In this document: piece by piece, positions 53,174 through 62,991 of the stretch | How positions within the stretch are numbered: the first letter of the stretch is position 1 | Layout of the letters: the number at the start of each line of letters is the position of its first letter | Assembly (NCBI GenBank): GCA_041651395.1 | Contig: JBAZJI010000001.1 | Span: 443,920-507,919 of the forward strand | Length of the DNA stretch: 64,000 nucleotides | Direction: 5' to 3' | Source of the DNA: Minisyncoccota bacterium | GTDB taxonomy: Bacteria > Patescibacteriota > Minisyncoccia > Minisyncoccales > JAGOPM01 | Translations under genes and position numbers: made by a program | The notes under the pieces: generated by a model | Told to the model about the DNA's origin: nothing | The model's database searches: none | What the model saw: the letters and a program-made list of their open reading frames with translations, nothing else

Positions 53174-55990
53174 TTATTTAGTTTTAAGCTTAAGCAATAA
53201 CTGAAGCAACTCGATGAGAATCTTGATCAAGTTCGCCCTATTGCTTTGCGCACCTAAAACTGCTGGCTTGCTGCTGGTTGAAACTCCCAAGACAGTTGGC
53301 TTAATCTTTTTCAAAGCCGGATCAAGCTGCCCCAGAGACATACCACCGCCTCCGCCCCCTACTGGGACAGGAGCGGGCTTGGCAATTACATTAACTGTCC
53401 GGGCCATTTGGTTGGCCTCATTTCCCGTTTCATCCATCACGTCATAAGTAACAAGGTAAGAGCCGATAACGGCAGTATTGACCATATTTTTTACCTTGAT
53501 TCTGGAAGTGATATCGCCATCCTTATTATCATTAGCCGTGGCCCCCGCATCATTATAAGCATCACCAACATAAACAGTGACCGGGTTATCGCCCAAAATA
53601 GTTATTACGGGATTCTGCAAATCTTTTTCAGTAAAAAATGTCTGCCAAGCCAAATATGGATATCCATCATTTTTATTGGCATCTATTCTCCAGATTCCTT
53701 CAAAATCAAATCCCTGATAACTCGCCCACTGCTTTGACTGGGCGTCAGTCAAACCATTGGAATCATTGCAACTTTCCGGACTATTATACTGCGTACTGCC
53801 GCACATTATACTTCTATCAGAAGTTTCTTTATTCCAATATGAATTTGTTTGGCTGGCTCCTTGGTATTGCCAACCAATCAAGCCGCCATTAGCATCTTGC
53901 CACTGCGAAGAATTTCCGACTTTCGCCACGGAGTAAGAATTAAAAACATTTGTATTTTCGCTTAAGCCAACTATTCCACCCCCTTGAGTTGCTACCATTT
54001 TTCCTTTAGCATAGCAGTCCGTCACTCTTCCGCCGTAGTTCTGTCCGGCAATAATACCGGCATATCCGGGACCGCCATATCCGCTATCTAAGCTCGATAT
54101 TTCTAAGTCAGCCCAACTTTGAGAAATTGTGCCGCTATTTTGGCTGGCAAGACCGCCGCATTTACCAGAACACGCAAGTTTTCCAGTGATACCAACTTTT
54201 TCTATTGTTCCAGAATTAACATTGGCAAGAACAGCGCAATAAGTTGAATTGCAAATAACATCAACATCCTTGAAGACAACATTCTCAATCTTTCCTCCTT
54301 GTAGATATCCGAATATTCCTCTATTTCCTCCACTGTTAATATAAATGCCAGAGACTATATGGTTTTTCCCATCTATCTTTCCAGAAAATCCGTTATTATG
54401 TCCGATTTCTTCAAAACCTTGACCATTATTCCAACTTCTTGTCACCGAGCAATCAATGTCATTTTCAATAGTGTAGTACCATCTCAAGTGATTTCGCACA
54501 TCTTGCAACTCCTGGCAATTAGTAATCTTGGCTTGGTTGCCAGAGGTGCCCAAGCTGTAATTATTGATAGTAATAGTCTTGGGAGAAGAAGTGGCGACAT
54601 TGCCAGCATTGTCGGTAGCAATGGCAAACACCTTGTATGTTCCGTCGGTTGTTGAGGCTGTATTCCATGAAAAAATATGGGTTGGAGCATAGTTATAACT
54701 ATAGGATTCTCTTTGACTTAAATCTTTACAATTGTTTGACGAAATTGGATTATCAGGATTTTCCGCTCCAAATAAAATGCAAACATTTTTAATTAAAGAG
54801 TTATTATCCTCTCCATAAGTAGTTAGGGAAATATTACCAGAAACCTCGCTATTATTTTCTGGACTATCAATTCTGATAGTTGGAGCGGTTGTATCAGTGC
54901 AGTCTTCATCTATAGACTGATCGCAATCATTATCTTTTTGGTCACCGCAAACTTCTGCGCCCGTAGCTATACAATTATATGTATCGCAAGCATTTCCAAT
55001 TTTATCATTATCATCATCTAATTGATTAGAATTTCTAACTAATGGACAATTATCTACTGAATCATCTATACCATCTTGATCTGAATCTTGTACTGCTTCG
55101 CAAGCATCGCCTACTTTGTCACCATCTGTATCTGCTTGGCTAGGATTTGCTACTTGGGTGCAATTGTCGCAAGCATCGCCAATACCGTCAGAATCGGCAT
55201 CTGCTTGGTTGGAATTGGCAACAAATTTGCAGTTATCCGAAGAATCCGGAACACCATCGGCATCAGTGTCGGTTGGGGCAGTGCAAACATCACCCACTCC
55301 GTCAGAATTAGAGTCAACTTGGCTAGAATTAGCAATGTTTTGGCAATTGTCACAAGCATCGCCTACTTTGTCACCGTCAGTATCTACTTGGCTAGGATTT
55401 GCTACTTGGGTGCAATTATCTAAGGAATCTTGAATACCGTCAGCATCAGTGTCGGTTGGGGTGGTTTCAGTCTGGCAGCTAGCATCGCAGCCATCGCCAG
55501 GAGCTTTATTGCCATCATCGCAAGTTTCCCCTTGCTCGATAGCTCCATTACCACATTGAGCAATTAAAGCGCAAAGACTCGGATTGCCAGAACATTGCCA
55601 ATTAGCTTCAATGGCGCAAATTTCTGAACAGCCGTCTTCGGGCATCAGATTGCCATCATCGCAAGTTTCCCCTTGCTCGATAGCTCCATTACCACATTGC
55701 GATTGCGCGACAGTGTGGCAGGTATTATCGCAAGCATCATCATTTACCGAGTTATCATCATCACATTCCTCTCCGGCCTCTACCGTTCCATTTCCACAAA
55801 CTACAGGAACTTCGATTTGACAAGTGGCATCGCAGCCATCGCCGGGTGCTTTATTGCCGTCGTCGCAAGTTTCGCCAGTTTCGGTTACGCTATTACCGCA
55901 AGACGATCCTTCTGCAATAACTCTTGGCGCTACCGCAAACGCGCAAAGCGCAAAAATCATTGCTAAGAATACTAATAATTTCTTTTTCAT
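53174..55990 (-). CDS. Secreted protein: Cys-rich CGNG..ETCDDGN repeats, thrombospondin type-3-like Ca-binding repeats, GLUG-motif region, DUF5011-like Ig domain
   Basis: 938 aa with a signal peptide. It has 4 copies of CGNGxxExGExCDDGNxxxGDGC and repeated DTDADG(I/V).DS.DNC..VAN..Q.D.D.D..GDACDNC. GGLASQNSG / GGGIVGL / GGLIGW are GLUG-like. PVITILGDNPVTVYVGDAYNDAGATA is DUF5011-like. Confidence 0.75.
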   Translation of the reverse strand: MKKKLLVFLAMIFALCAFAVAPRVIAEGSSCGNSVTETGETCDDGNKAPGDGCDATCQIEVPVVCGNGTVEAGEECDDDNSVNDDACDNTCHTVAQSQCGNGAIEQGETCDDGNLMPEDGCSEICAIEANWQCSGNPSLCALIAQCGNGAIEQGETCDDGNKAPGDGCDASCQTETTPTDTDADGIQDSLDNCTQVANPSQVDTDGDKVGDACDNCQNIANSSQVDSNSDGVGDVCTAPTDTDADGVPDSSDNCKFVANSNQADADSDGIGDACDNCTQVANPSQADTDGDKVGDACEAVQDSDQDGIDDSVDNCPLVRNSNQLDDDNDKIGNACDTYNCIATGAEVCGDQKDNDCDQSIDEDCTDTTAPTIRIDSPENNSEVSGNISLTTYGEDNNSLIKNVCILFGAENPDNPISSNNCKDLSQRESYSYNYAPTHIFSWNTASTTDGTYKVFAIATDNAGNVATSSPKTITINNYSLGTSGNQAKITNCQELQDVRNHLRWYYTIENDIDCSVTRSWNNGQGFEEIGHNNGFSGKIDGKNHIVSGIYINSGGNRGIFGYLQGGKIENVVFKDVDVICNSTYCAVLANVNSGTIEKVGITGKLACSGKCGGLASQNSGTISQSWADLEISSLDSGYGGPGYAGIIAGQNYGGRVTDCYAKGKMVATQGGGIVGLSENTNVFNSYSVAKVGNSSQWQDANGGLIGWQYQGASQTNSYWNKETSDRSIMCGSTQYNSPESCNDSNGLTDAQSKQWASYQGFDFEGIWRIDANKNDGYPYLAWQTFFTEKDLQNPVITILGDNPVTVYVGDAYNDAGATANDNKDGDITSRIKVKNMVNTAVIGSYLVTYDVMDETGNEANQMARTVNVIAKPAPVPVGGGGGGMSLGQLDPALKKIKPTVLGVSTSSKPAVLGAQSNRANLIKILIELLQLLLKLKTK
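55101..55420 (-). repeat. Intragenic direct repeat (TSP3-like units)
   Basis: 68-nt copies at 55101-55168 and 55353-55420 differ at 4 positions. The offset is 252 nt (84 codons). Confidence 0.8.
55508..55699 (-). repeat. Intragenic direct repeat (Cys-rich units)
   Basis: Exact 51-nt copies at 55508-55558 and 55649-55699. The offset is 141 nt (47 codons). Confidence 0.85.
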
Positions 55991-56071
55991 AATAATTTTA
56001 ACTAATGTATTCTACGAACTTTTTGTAAATTAACAAGGACGTGCGATTGCTCGCATGCCCTTGTTTTTAGC

Positions 56072-57574
56072 TTACGCTTGGTAGGTTGTGCTTTTGATTT
56101 CCTGCAAACCTTTGTGGATTTTTTGCAATTTCTTTCTCTGGTAATGCCAATAAGTCCACACGCAGAGCAAGGTAATCATAATCACCCAGAACCACCAAAG
56201 CATGATGATATCGGGGCAAATCCATTTCAGAAGAAGTAAAACAATAAGGATAATAATCGGGAAAATAAGCGATTGGAAAAATAGTTTACCGTCGAACTTC
56301 CTGTCATTCTCGGTTAAAACATAACCAAGCTGCTTAATTTTTTTGCGCAGCATGTCCTTGCGATTCTTTTCGTAAAGGCACAAGCAGAGCATCAAAACGG
56401 CTAAAATCCAAGGAATATCATCATAGGTGCCGCAGGCCGTGGCATTAATGCCAAAGGCAGAAAGCAAACTCTTAACCGGCTCTTCTTCTTTGCAATCACA
56501 TTCCTTATCCGCGCAGGCACAAGTCGAGCTGCCGGCCACTATGCCAGCGGGCACGGATTTCTTGGTGAGATCCGGCTCGCCGAAATTCCTGTAATCATGG
56601 GTTTCAATGGTAGAAGTGCCCTCCACGCAACCGGGGGTGGTAAAAGCATATTCGCGACTCATGGCAATTTTTGGGTTTCCGGAAAACACGCGAAAATAAT
56701 ATTTGGTGCAAGAAGTCAGATTAACTAAACCGATAGAATGGTTAAAAGCATACTCAGTCTTTTTTAGGCTTTCATTAGTGTAGCCATTGTGTGGTTTAGT
56801 CCCGTCAAAAACATGATTGCCGGTCTCAGGAGAATACATGACTTGGCTGTCGCCTTTGCAATTAGTCGCCCAAACAATGTCAGCAGATTTGGTTTGAATA
56901 TTCTGAGCCTTCACGGAAGTGACCGGGTTTTCGATAATCCAAATTTCGCAACCCGAGCCGCCGCCACCTCCACCGCCACCTCCACCGCCTCCACAGTTAG
57001 GGCCGGTGCAAGGCGGGTCAGAATGGCAAGATGGACCAACGCAGGGGCAATTTGGCCCCTCGCAAGGCGGATTATATTGGCCAAGAAAACCAATGACAAT
57101 ATCAAAATTAGTCCTCTTTTGCTGCCAAGTAGTCGGGGAAACCGGCAAATCACCCTTATCAGTAGAAATACTCAAGGTGAAATCATACTGCTGCATTTGG
57201 CCGGCATTAATATCGGCAAGGAAAATTTCCCCGGCTTGATAAAAGTCAAAAAGAGTTTTGGCCCCCGAAGATGAATTGCCTCCCCAGAGATCCACCCCGC
57301 CCTTGGATATTTTCATATCCAAAGCACGCGCCAAATCGTCACTGGGCGTGGGATTGGGAAAATTCTCCGCATAAACCGCGACCTTATTGGGGGCCGTAGT
57401 ATTATTGGTTACTTTAATAAATCTCGTGACGCCATCGCCGGGCAAAACATTAGCCTCGTTGAATAACGGTGTATTTTCAAACTGCACCGTGATATTGGAA
57501 GAGGCTTGGGCCACTGTCCCAATCGCGAAACAGAGCGTCAGCGCTATCGTTGTAATTAATTTTGCGTATTTCAT
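56072..57574 (-). CDS. TasA/camelysin-like N-domain protein with Cys/Pro + poly-Gly linker, FN3-like region and C-terminal multi-TM anchor
   Basis: The start MKYAKLITTIALTLCFAIGTVAQA at 57574 gives 500 aa; the track extends to 57733. The N-domain reads NITVQFENTPLFNEANVLPGDG..FIKVTNN, followed by a G12 run. The C-terminus has 3-4 hydrophobic helices. Confidence 0.6.
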   Translation of the reverse strand: MKYAKLITTIALTLCFAIGTVAQASSNITVQFENTPLFNEANVLPGDGVTRFIKVTNNTTAPNKVAVYAENFPNPTPSDDLARALDMKISKGGVDLWGGNSSSGAKTLFDFYQAGEIFLADINAGQMQQYDFTLSISTDKGDLPVSPTTWQQKRTNFDIVIGFLGQYNPPCEGPNCPCVGPSCHSDPPCTGPNCGGGGGGGGGGGGSGCEIWIIENPVTSVKAQNIQTKSADIVWATNCKGDSQVMYSPETGNHVFDGTKPHNGYTNESLKKTEYAFNHSIGLVNLTSCTKYYFRVFSGNPKIAMSREYAFTTPGCVEGTSTIETHDYRNFGEPDLTKKSVPAGIVAGSSTCACADKECDCKEEEPVKSLLSAFGINATACGTYDDIPWILAVLMLCLCLYEKNRKDMLRKKIKQLGYVLTENDRKFDGKLFFQSLIFPIIILIVLLLLKWICPDIIMLWWFWVIMITLLCVWTYWHYQRKKLQKIHKGLQEIKSTTYQA

Positions 57575-57599
57575 ACTTTTTGTTTGTTTAATTGATTGG

Positions 57600-60149
57600 T
57601 TAAATGGTGGGTTCGGCGGGTACTGGCTCAACTGGGGCTTGCTCGGGGGCAGCAGGCTGTTCGGCTGAAACTGCCTCGGCAATAATTTCTGGATTATTTT
57701 CAGGCTGCGGTTCAGGGGTAGCTGGCGTCTCACTTAAAACTTCAGGCATTTGAGTCTCATCAGTCGCGGGCTGTGGCTCAACTGGCGTTGAAACTTCCGC
57801 AACCACTGGGGCCGGAGCCGGAACAGAAGCAGCCGGCTCGATTATAACTTCCGGAGTAGTGGTAGCCGCTTGCGTATCCTCAACGCTAGGCGTAGTGGTA
57901 GCAGGAGCTGTCTCGGGAATAATTTCTGGCGTGTTGGTCGCCAATTCAGGTGAATTTATCGCCTCTGTTGATGTAGGCAAAGTTGTAGTAGCGATCTCCT
58001 CACTGCTGGTAGCCACGGCCAAACCTGGCTGAGTTGGCAGAGTATCAACAATTTCGGGAGTTGGAGTACTACCGCCGGCACCTTCCATTGGCAATTCAGG
58101 AGCCTCTTGGGTAGTCGTAGCTTCGCTGCTGGTAGGAACAATTAATAAATCATTTAACTTATCGGCAAATTCATCCATGGGCACGACTTCCAAAACATTG
58201 GCGCTGCCCGGAGTCGGGATCGGATCAACCCAAGAACCAGTACCATCGGGAATTCTGGCAAATGATTTATTAGCCGGAACAGTCGTGCAGGTTCCAGAGA
58301 CTGCAGCTGAATTAGTTGCGTCCGGCGTGGGCAATATGGTGCAGGCATTAGTCGTATCAAAAGTATGGGAATCGACAGGATTGCCAAAAAGATCATAGAA
58401 AGCGATAGTGTCGCCACCATTAGACATAAACTCGCCATTCATGTAAACAACCAGCCAATCATGGGAATTGATTATCGTATCGCCGGTATTGGTAGTAATA
58501 AAAGCCGTGGCTTTCGAAATGTATTTTTTCGTACCTAAAGCGTTCTGGAAATAAAAACCATCTAAATCAACGGCTGAGCTGCCATTGTTATAAAGTTCAA
58601 TCCACTCGCCTTTGGGCTTAAAGCTGGAATCATGTCCCCAAGTTGTGCTGCTGGGGTATGGCAAATATTCATTAAGCACAACAAATTTTTGCGCCTCTTC
58701 TTGCTCGTAGAAAACGCGGGCTTCATGCAAAATTGGCGTAGAAATTGGCGGCCAAAATGTATCCGAAGTCAGATCAGCTTTCCAGCGTATATAACGCGTC
58801 TGGGGCAAAGTCGATAAGTCGATTGGGCTAGTAGATGATTTTAATTTCCAAGAACTCCAGTTGCTTGCGTCATTAGATGTTTGCACCGAGAAAGCAATAT
58901 CCGTGCCGTTTACCAAAGTTTCATCCCATTCCAATTTGGTCCACTTGGTAATTTTACCGCTATCAAAAGTCTGGGACTGCAAGGTAGCTGTGCCATCAAA
59001 CCAAGGAAGCTCACGCTTAAAACTTGTAAATTCATCGATTGCTGGATTCCCGCTTGTATCAAGAAAAACAATACGCGCGCATTTAATCATCCTCTCGGTA
59101 AACTCAATGGTTAAAAAACTGCTATTGTTATTGCTGCTACTTTTTACTATCACCTGCTCACCAGCATAAGCGCAAGTCGGACTAACTTCTACCCGATATT
59201 TATACGGGATGTGTGGATGATGAAAATCAATTTCAATTTTAGCGACCGGGTAAAGCATTCCATAATCAACTCCAAACCAATCAGCATCACTTGCCTGAGT
59301 CGCTTTCCAATAAGTTGCCGTATCTCCGTCGATAGCTTTTGAAGGAATATGTTGTCCATCATTGTCCCCAGAAAAACTTGCCGTCATCGGTGGTATTTCT
59401 CCGCCCGCGGCAATAGAAACATCACCTGTTCCATCAGTGGCCGGGCTTACGGCAATTTCTTTCTTTCCGCAGCAATCATAGCTTGGAGTTCCGGCATTAA
59501 AATCAGCCTCAGTGGTTTGCACCCAAATTCCTTCAATTTTCCAAGTGCCGGCTAAAATCGCGTTGGGCATTGTTTCCAAATCAGAAAATCCCACTCCGGA
59601 AACTAAATCTTTTTGCTTAGCCAAAACATTAAAATCAAGATTGCAAGTTTGGTTTTGTAAAATATATGAAGCGCCATTTGGCAGCGAAGCTTCAAAATGC
59701 CAATTAGCAGCAGTTGGAGAATAATCGGCCACCTCGTATGAAAATAATTTGAGCGGGCCATTATAAACCGATACGCCATCCAAAGTCGCCTGCAAGTTCA
59801 AACTGTCGCAGAGCGCACCAATGGTATTAGTGGCAAAAATCGTATATTGAAAACCAAGGCTCCCATTATTGGCAATGGCCATATCCTTAGTTGCCACCAC
59901 GCTGCCCGGCAAAACCGCGGGAGAAAAATCCGCTCCCGAGCTTAAAGATTGGTCCAAGGTGCCGGCGCCAAAAATATTACCGCCAGAAATTTCCGTATCA
60001 ACCAATTTAGCCACAGTGTAACTCATAGGCGTATTGGCCAAAGCAATAGAAACAATCATCAAGGCAGCAGAAAGCTTCTTGACGGCCGCCTTCGGCTTAA
60101 TCTTGGCAAATAAGGCTCTTATTTTCTTTTTTGCGTCTTGCAAGGACAT
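57600..60149 (-). CDS. Large secreted TasA-like N-domain / discoidin-like / lamin-tail-domain protein with a Pro/Thr/Glu-rich tail
   Basis: 849 aa. The N-domain is paralogous to 60176-62380 (GADFSPAV..FQYTIFATN..CDSLNLQATLDG). AIDGDTATYWKA is F5/8-type-C-like. The LTD reads VVLNEYLP..GEWIELYNNG..VDLDGFYF ... RIPDGTGSWVDPIPTPG. Confidence 0.65.
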   Translation of the reverse strand: MSLQDAKKKIRALFAKIKPKAAVKKLSAALMIVSIALANTPMSYTVAKLVDTEISGGNIFGAGTLDQSLSSGADFSPAVLPGSVVATKDMAIANNGSLGFQYTIFATNTIGALCDSLNLQATLDGVSVYNGPLKLFSYEVADYSPTAANWHFEASLPNGASYILQNQTCNLDFNVLAKQKDLVSGVGFSDLETMPNAILAGTWKIEGIWVQTTEADFNAGTPSYDCCGKKEIAVSPATDGTGDVSIAAGGEIPPMTASFSGDNDGQHIPSKAIDGDTATYWKATQASDADWFGVDYGMLYPVAKIEIDFHHPHIPYKYRVEVSPTCAYAGEQVIVKSSSNNNSSFLTIEFTERMIKCARIVFLDTSGNPAIDEFTSFKRELPWFDGTATLQSQTFDSGKITKWTKLEWDETLVNGTDIAFSVQTSNDASNWSSWKLKSSTSPIDLSTLPQTRYIRWKADLTSDTFWPPISTPILHEARVFYEQEEAQKFVVLNEYLPYPSSTTWGHDSSFKPKGEWIELYNNGSSAVDLDGFYFQNALGTKKYISKATAFITTNTGDTIINSHDWLVVYMNGEFMSNGGDTIAFYDLFGNPVDSHTFDTTNACTILPTPDATNSAAVSGTCTTVPANKSFARIPDGTGSWVDPIPTPGSANVLEVVPMDEFADKLNDLLIVPTSSEATTTQEAPELPMEGAGGSTPTPEIVDTLPTQPGLAVATSSEEIATTTLPTSTEAINSPELATNTPEIIPETAPATTTPSVEDTQAATTTPEVIIEPAASVPAPAPVVAEVSTPVEPQPATDETQMPEVLSETPATPEPQPENNPEIIAEAVSAEQPAAPEQAPVEPVPAEPTI

Positions 60150-60175
60150 AAAATTAAATTATTTGATAAAAATTA

Positions 60176-62380
60176 TTACTTGATATCAACAACATTTTGC
60201 CCGCTCGCGCTCGCCTCGACAGATACTGTTTGGGCAACAGTTAAAGTTGGTGTAATTTCAACAACCGGGGTAATGACTGGCTCATCAGGCGTAGGCGTTA
60301 AGGGATTAGGATTAGGATCGGGCAAATTGGTCTCGCTTGGAGCAACTAATTCAGTATTAGGTTCTTGAGCAGGAGGCGTTTGCACGTCCTGAGCTGCCGG
60401 AACAATCGGGGTTACTGGTAAAACCGGCAGACTAGGCAAAGTGCTGCTGCTATCAAGAATAATGACAGTCGTGCTAGGTGTAATTTCGGGTTGCGGATTA
60501 ATAATCAAACCAGCATCAATAATAATTGTGCCAGTCGGTGCCACTGAAGTGACGGCAATAGGCGGATTAACGAGCAGCATATCATTTAAGCCCCCGATAA
60601 TTGTTTCCACTGGCGGGATAATGCTTGAACTGCCTCCGCCTCCACTGCTGCTTTGGGTAAGAGTATCGGAAGTGCTAGCCGTTGCATTGCTGGTCGTGGC
60701 AATCTGAACAAACGGAATAGTAGTTGTAGTCGTAGTAGTGGTATCTTGGGCCGGCGTAGTAGTGCTTATAACCTCGGGAGTGGTAGTCGCCTGATTTTGG
60801 GCGGCCAAAATTTCCAACTCAGCCAAAGTTAACTGGTTAGGAGCCCCGGGCGTAGGTCTGGGATCAACCCAAGTAGCTGCCCCGTCTGGATAACGGGCAA
60901 TCGATTTATCGGCCAAAGCCCAAGTGCTGGTGCAGTTACCATACGGCTCATCGTCATTGGTTGGCGGGATAACACCAGTATTATCGCAAGCGGGCGTACC
61001 GAAACTATGCGAGTCAATAACGCTCCAATCGCGATTATGCAAAGTAACGGTATCTCCCCAATTACTCATAAAACCTCCCGGGACGTAAACCACCAAGTAA
61101 CCATTGGGACCGATAACCGTTGAGCTACTCATGGTTGAAGCATTAGAAATCATGTATGGAAAGCCCATTTGGTTGCGCAAATAAAATCCATTCAAATTAT
61201 AAGAGCTGGCCGGAGAATTATTATAAATTTCAACCCATTCACCGGATAAACCAAAACTTGTTACATCATAACCGGCTGGATTGGGTAATAATTCGTTAAG
61301 AACAACCGTATTGGGCGGAATTACTTTGGCCTTTTGCGGCATAGTGGTCACGCCGCTCCATGATTCACAATCGTCTATATATTCGAAGTTGAGCCTTAAT
61401 TTCTGCGCTGCGCCGTCACAATCCTCAAAAAGAATATCCCCGCCATAGGCGTACAGATAATTCATGGTCGGGTGCATTAAGACCAAAGAGAATTTACTCG
61501 AAGAAGTGGCTGCTTGCCTATACCAAACCACACCGCTCATGCCAGCAAAATTCTCATCAGCTGAACCAAACATGGTGGTGTATTGCGAAGTGCTCGGAGT
61601 AATTTGGTGAAAATAATTGGTCGGAGCGCTATTGGCATACCGAACATTGATAGAGGAGCAATCTATCTGTTCCCCGCTTTGGCAATTCACGTCATAAACA
61701 ATGCTTTCTTCTCGGCAATTCGGCTGCATAAAACCAATACTGACTAAAACGCTCAAATGCCCGGGTTCTCCATTATATTGGGCGCATTTATTAGGCTTGT
61801 TGCCGTTCCAAATATCGGCCCTAATAATAGAGGGCACACGCTCAATATCGCGAAAGCCGCGATATTCCGGGAAGCCCATTTGCCAAGCCTTATAAACAAT
61901 ATCAAATTGGCAAACTTGGGCCTGGAGAGCTGCGTCGGAAGAATTAAGATTGGCGGTAAAAGTCCAGTTGGCTGGCTCCTCGTATGGGGCCTGGGCGACA
62001 AAATTAGAAAGTAAGCCGGTATACATCGGCGTGCCATTAAGCGAAGCAACCACATTCAAATTTTGGCAAAGGGTGCCATTAAAATTTTCAGCTACCACTT
62101 TATATTGAAAAGGCACGGTTGAGCTAACGTCTGAAAGAGTAATATAGCGCACTGCGGAGCTGCTGGGGCTAACCATCGGAGAAAAATCTGCTGCGCTTTC
62201 GGGCATAATATCGACTATGCCGGCATCTAAATTATTATTAAAGCTGATTTCAATATCATTATAAAAAGCCAAAGCAAAACCGGCCGGGAATTGCATTATC
62301 AAAATGCCGGCAAACAGGGCTGAAGATATTATTTTTTTGATACTGGTATTCATATGGCTGTTTGGCTTTTCAATTATCAA
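60176..62380 (-). CDS. Large secreted TasA-like N-domain / lamin-tail-domain protein with a Thr/Pro-rich tail
   Basis: 734 aa. The signal/anchor region is followed by FALAFYNDIEISFNNNLDAGIVDI. The LTD reads VVLNELLP..GEWVEIYNNS..YNLNGFYL ... RYPDGAATWVDPRPTPG, followed by a T-rich tract. Confidence 0.65.
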   Translation of the reverse strand: MIIEKPNSHMNTSIKKIISSALFAGILIMQFPAGFALAFYNDIEISFNNNLDAGIVDIMPESAADFSPMVSPSSSAVRYITLSDVSSTVPFQYKVVAENFNGTLCQNLNVVASLNGTPMYTGLLSNFVAQAPYEEPANWTFTANLNSSDAALQAQVCQFDIVYKAWQMGFPEYRGFRDIERVPSIIRADIWNGNKPNKCAQYNGEPGHLSVLVSIGFMQPNCREESIVYDVNCQSGEQIDCSSINVRYANSAPTNYFHQITPSTSQYTTMFGSADENFAGMSGVVWYRQAATSSSKFSLVLMHPTMNYLYAYGGDILFEDCDGAAQKLRLNFEYIDDCESWSGVTTMPQKAKVIPPNTVVLNELLPNPAGYDVTSFGLSGEWVEIYNNSPASSYNLNGFYLRNQMGFPYMISNASTMSSSTVIGPNGYLVVYVPGGFMSNWGDTVTLHNRDWSVIDSHSFGTPACDNTGVIPPTNDDEPYGNCTSTWALADKSIARYPDGAATWVDPRPTPGAPNQLTLAELEILAAQNQATTTPEVISTTTPAQDTTTTTTTTIPFVQIATTSNATASTSDTLTQSSSGGGGSSSIIPPVETIIGGLNDMLLVNPPIAVTSVAPTGTIIIDAGLIINPQPEITPSTTVIILDSSSTLPSLPVLPVTPIVPAAQDVQTPPAQEPNTELVAPSETNLPDPNPNPLTPTPDEPVITPVVEITPTLTVAQTVSVEASASGQNVVDIK

Positions 62381-62383
62381 TTA

Positions 62384-62917
62384 TCATTTTTGCTCCTCCT
62401 TGGTTGAAGATTTTTCCGTTTTTTCCTTTTTCATTTCTGCCATGATTGACTTAGCTTGGTCGACAATTATCAAAATGGCGCACAAGGCAATGATGGAAAT
62501 AAAGACAATCGGATTACGGGCAAAATTAATCACATAACCCATCAAAGGGATGGTCAAAAATACCAGACCTTGGATTTCCGTGGCCGGCACGTCGCGCTGG
62601 TCGTTGGCATTGTTGGCGTCGCCTTTGGTGATAAAAGCCTGAGCCCCATTAATAAATTTTGTATCCACAATCCTATGGGTCGTGGGGGCTTGAGTTTTTG
62701 TCGCTTGGCCAAAGGTTACGATATCGCCTATTTTGTATTGCTTTTGCGGAATTATAAAAACCACACTGCCCGTCCTGATAGCCGGCTCCATAGAACCAGA
62801 CAAGACAACATAAGATTTAATTCCACCCGGAATCGGTAAAACCGAAACCACCAACAGTAAGGCTGTGGCTATTAAAACTATCGAAAATATTTTTGATGTG
62901 ATTTTCATCCAATCCAT
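62384..62917 (-). CDS. sipW: Signal peptidase I, SipW / archaeal-ER type (S26B)
   Basis: 177 aa with an N-terminal TM helix, catalytic Ser LSGSMEP, His TTHRIV, TKGDANNANDQ and a C-terminal TM helix. Confidence 0.85.
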   Translation of the reverse strand: MDWMKITSKIFSIVLIATALLLVVSVLPIPGGIKSYVVLSGSMEPAIRTGSVVFIIPQKQYKIGDIVTFGQATKTQAPTTHRIVDTKFINGAQAFITKGDANNANDQRDVPATEIQGLVFLTIPLMGYVINFARNPIVFISIIALCAILIIVDQAKSIMAEMKKEKTEKSSTKEEQK

Positions 62918-62924
62918 GGGATTT

Positions 62925-62975
62925 AAGGATTAATTATTTAATCCTTTATTCTTTGCCCGAAAAAGTCGGGCAAAG
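62925..62975 (-). promoter_or_regulatory. Two perfect hairpins between the TasA-like gene and sipW (possible attenuator / RNA-stability element)
   Basis: CTTTGCCCGA-5 nt-TCGGGCAAAG (62951-62975, 10-bp stem) and AAGGATTAA-4 nt-TTAATCCTT (62925-62946, 9-bp stem). Neither has a strong U-tract. Confidence 0.45.
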
Positions 62976-62991
62976 TAAAAGAAATAAATCT

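Noticed and set aside
55088-55966. Several 69-111-aa + strand ORFs with repetitive sequence
   Set aside because: They are antisense shadows of the TSP3/Cys-rich repeat gene. Their periodicity simply reflects the sense-strand repeats.
56950-57000. Poly-glycine tract as a possible phase-variable simple sequence repeat
   Set aside because: It is encoded by mixed GGT/GGC/GGA/GGG codons. No homopolymer or perfect short tandem repeat is long enough for slippage.
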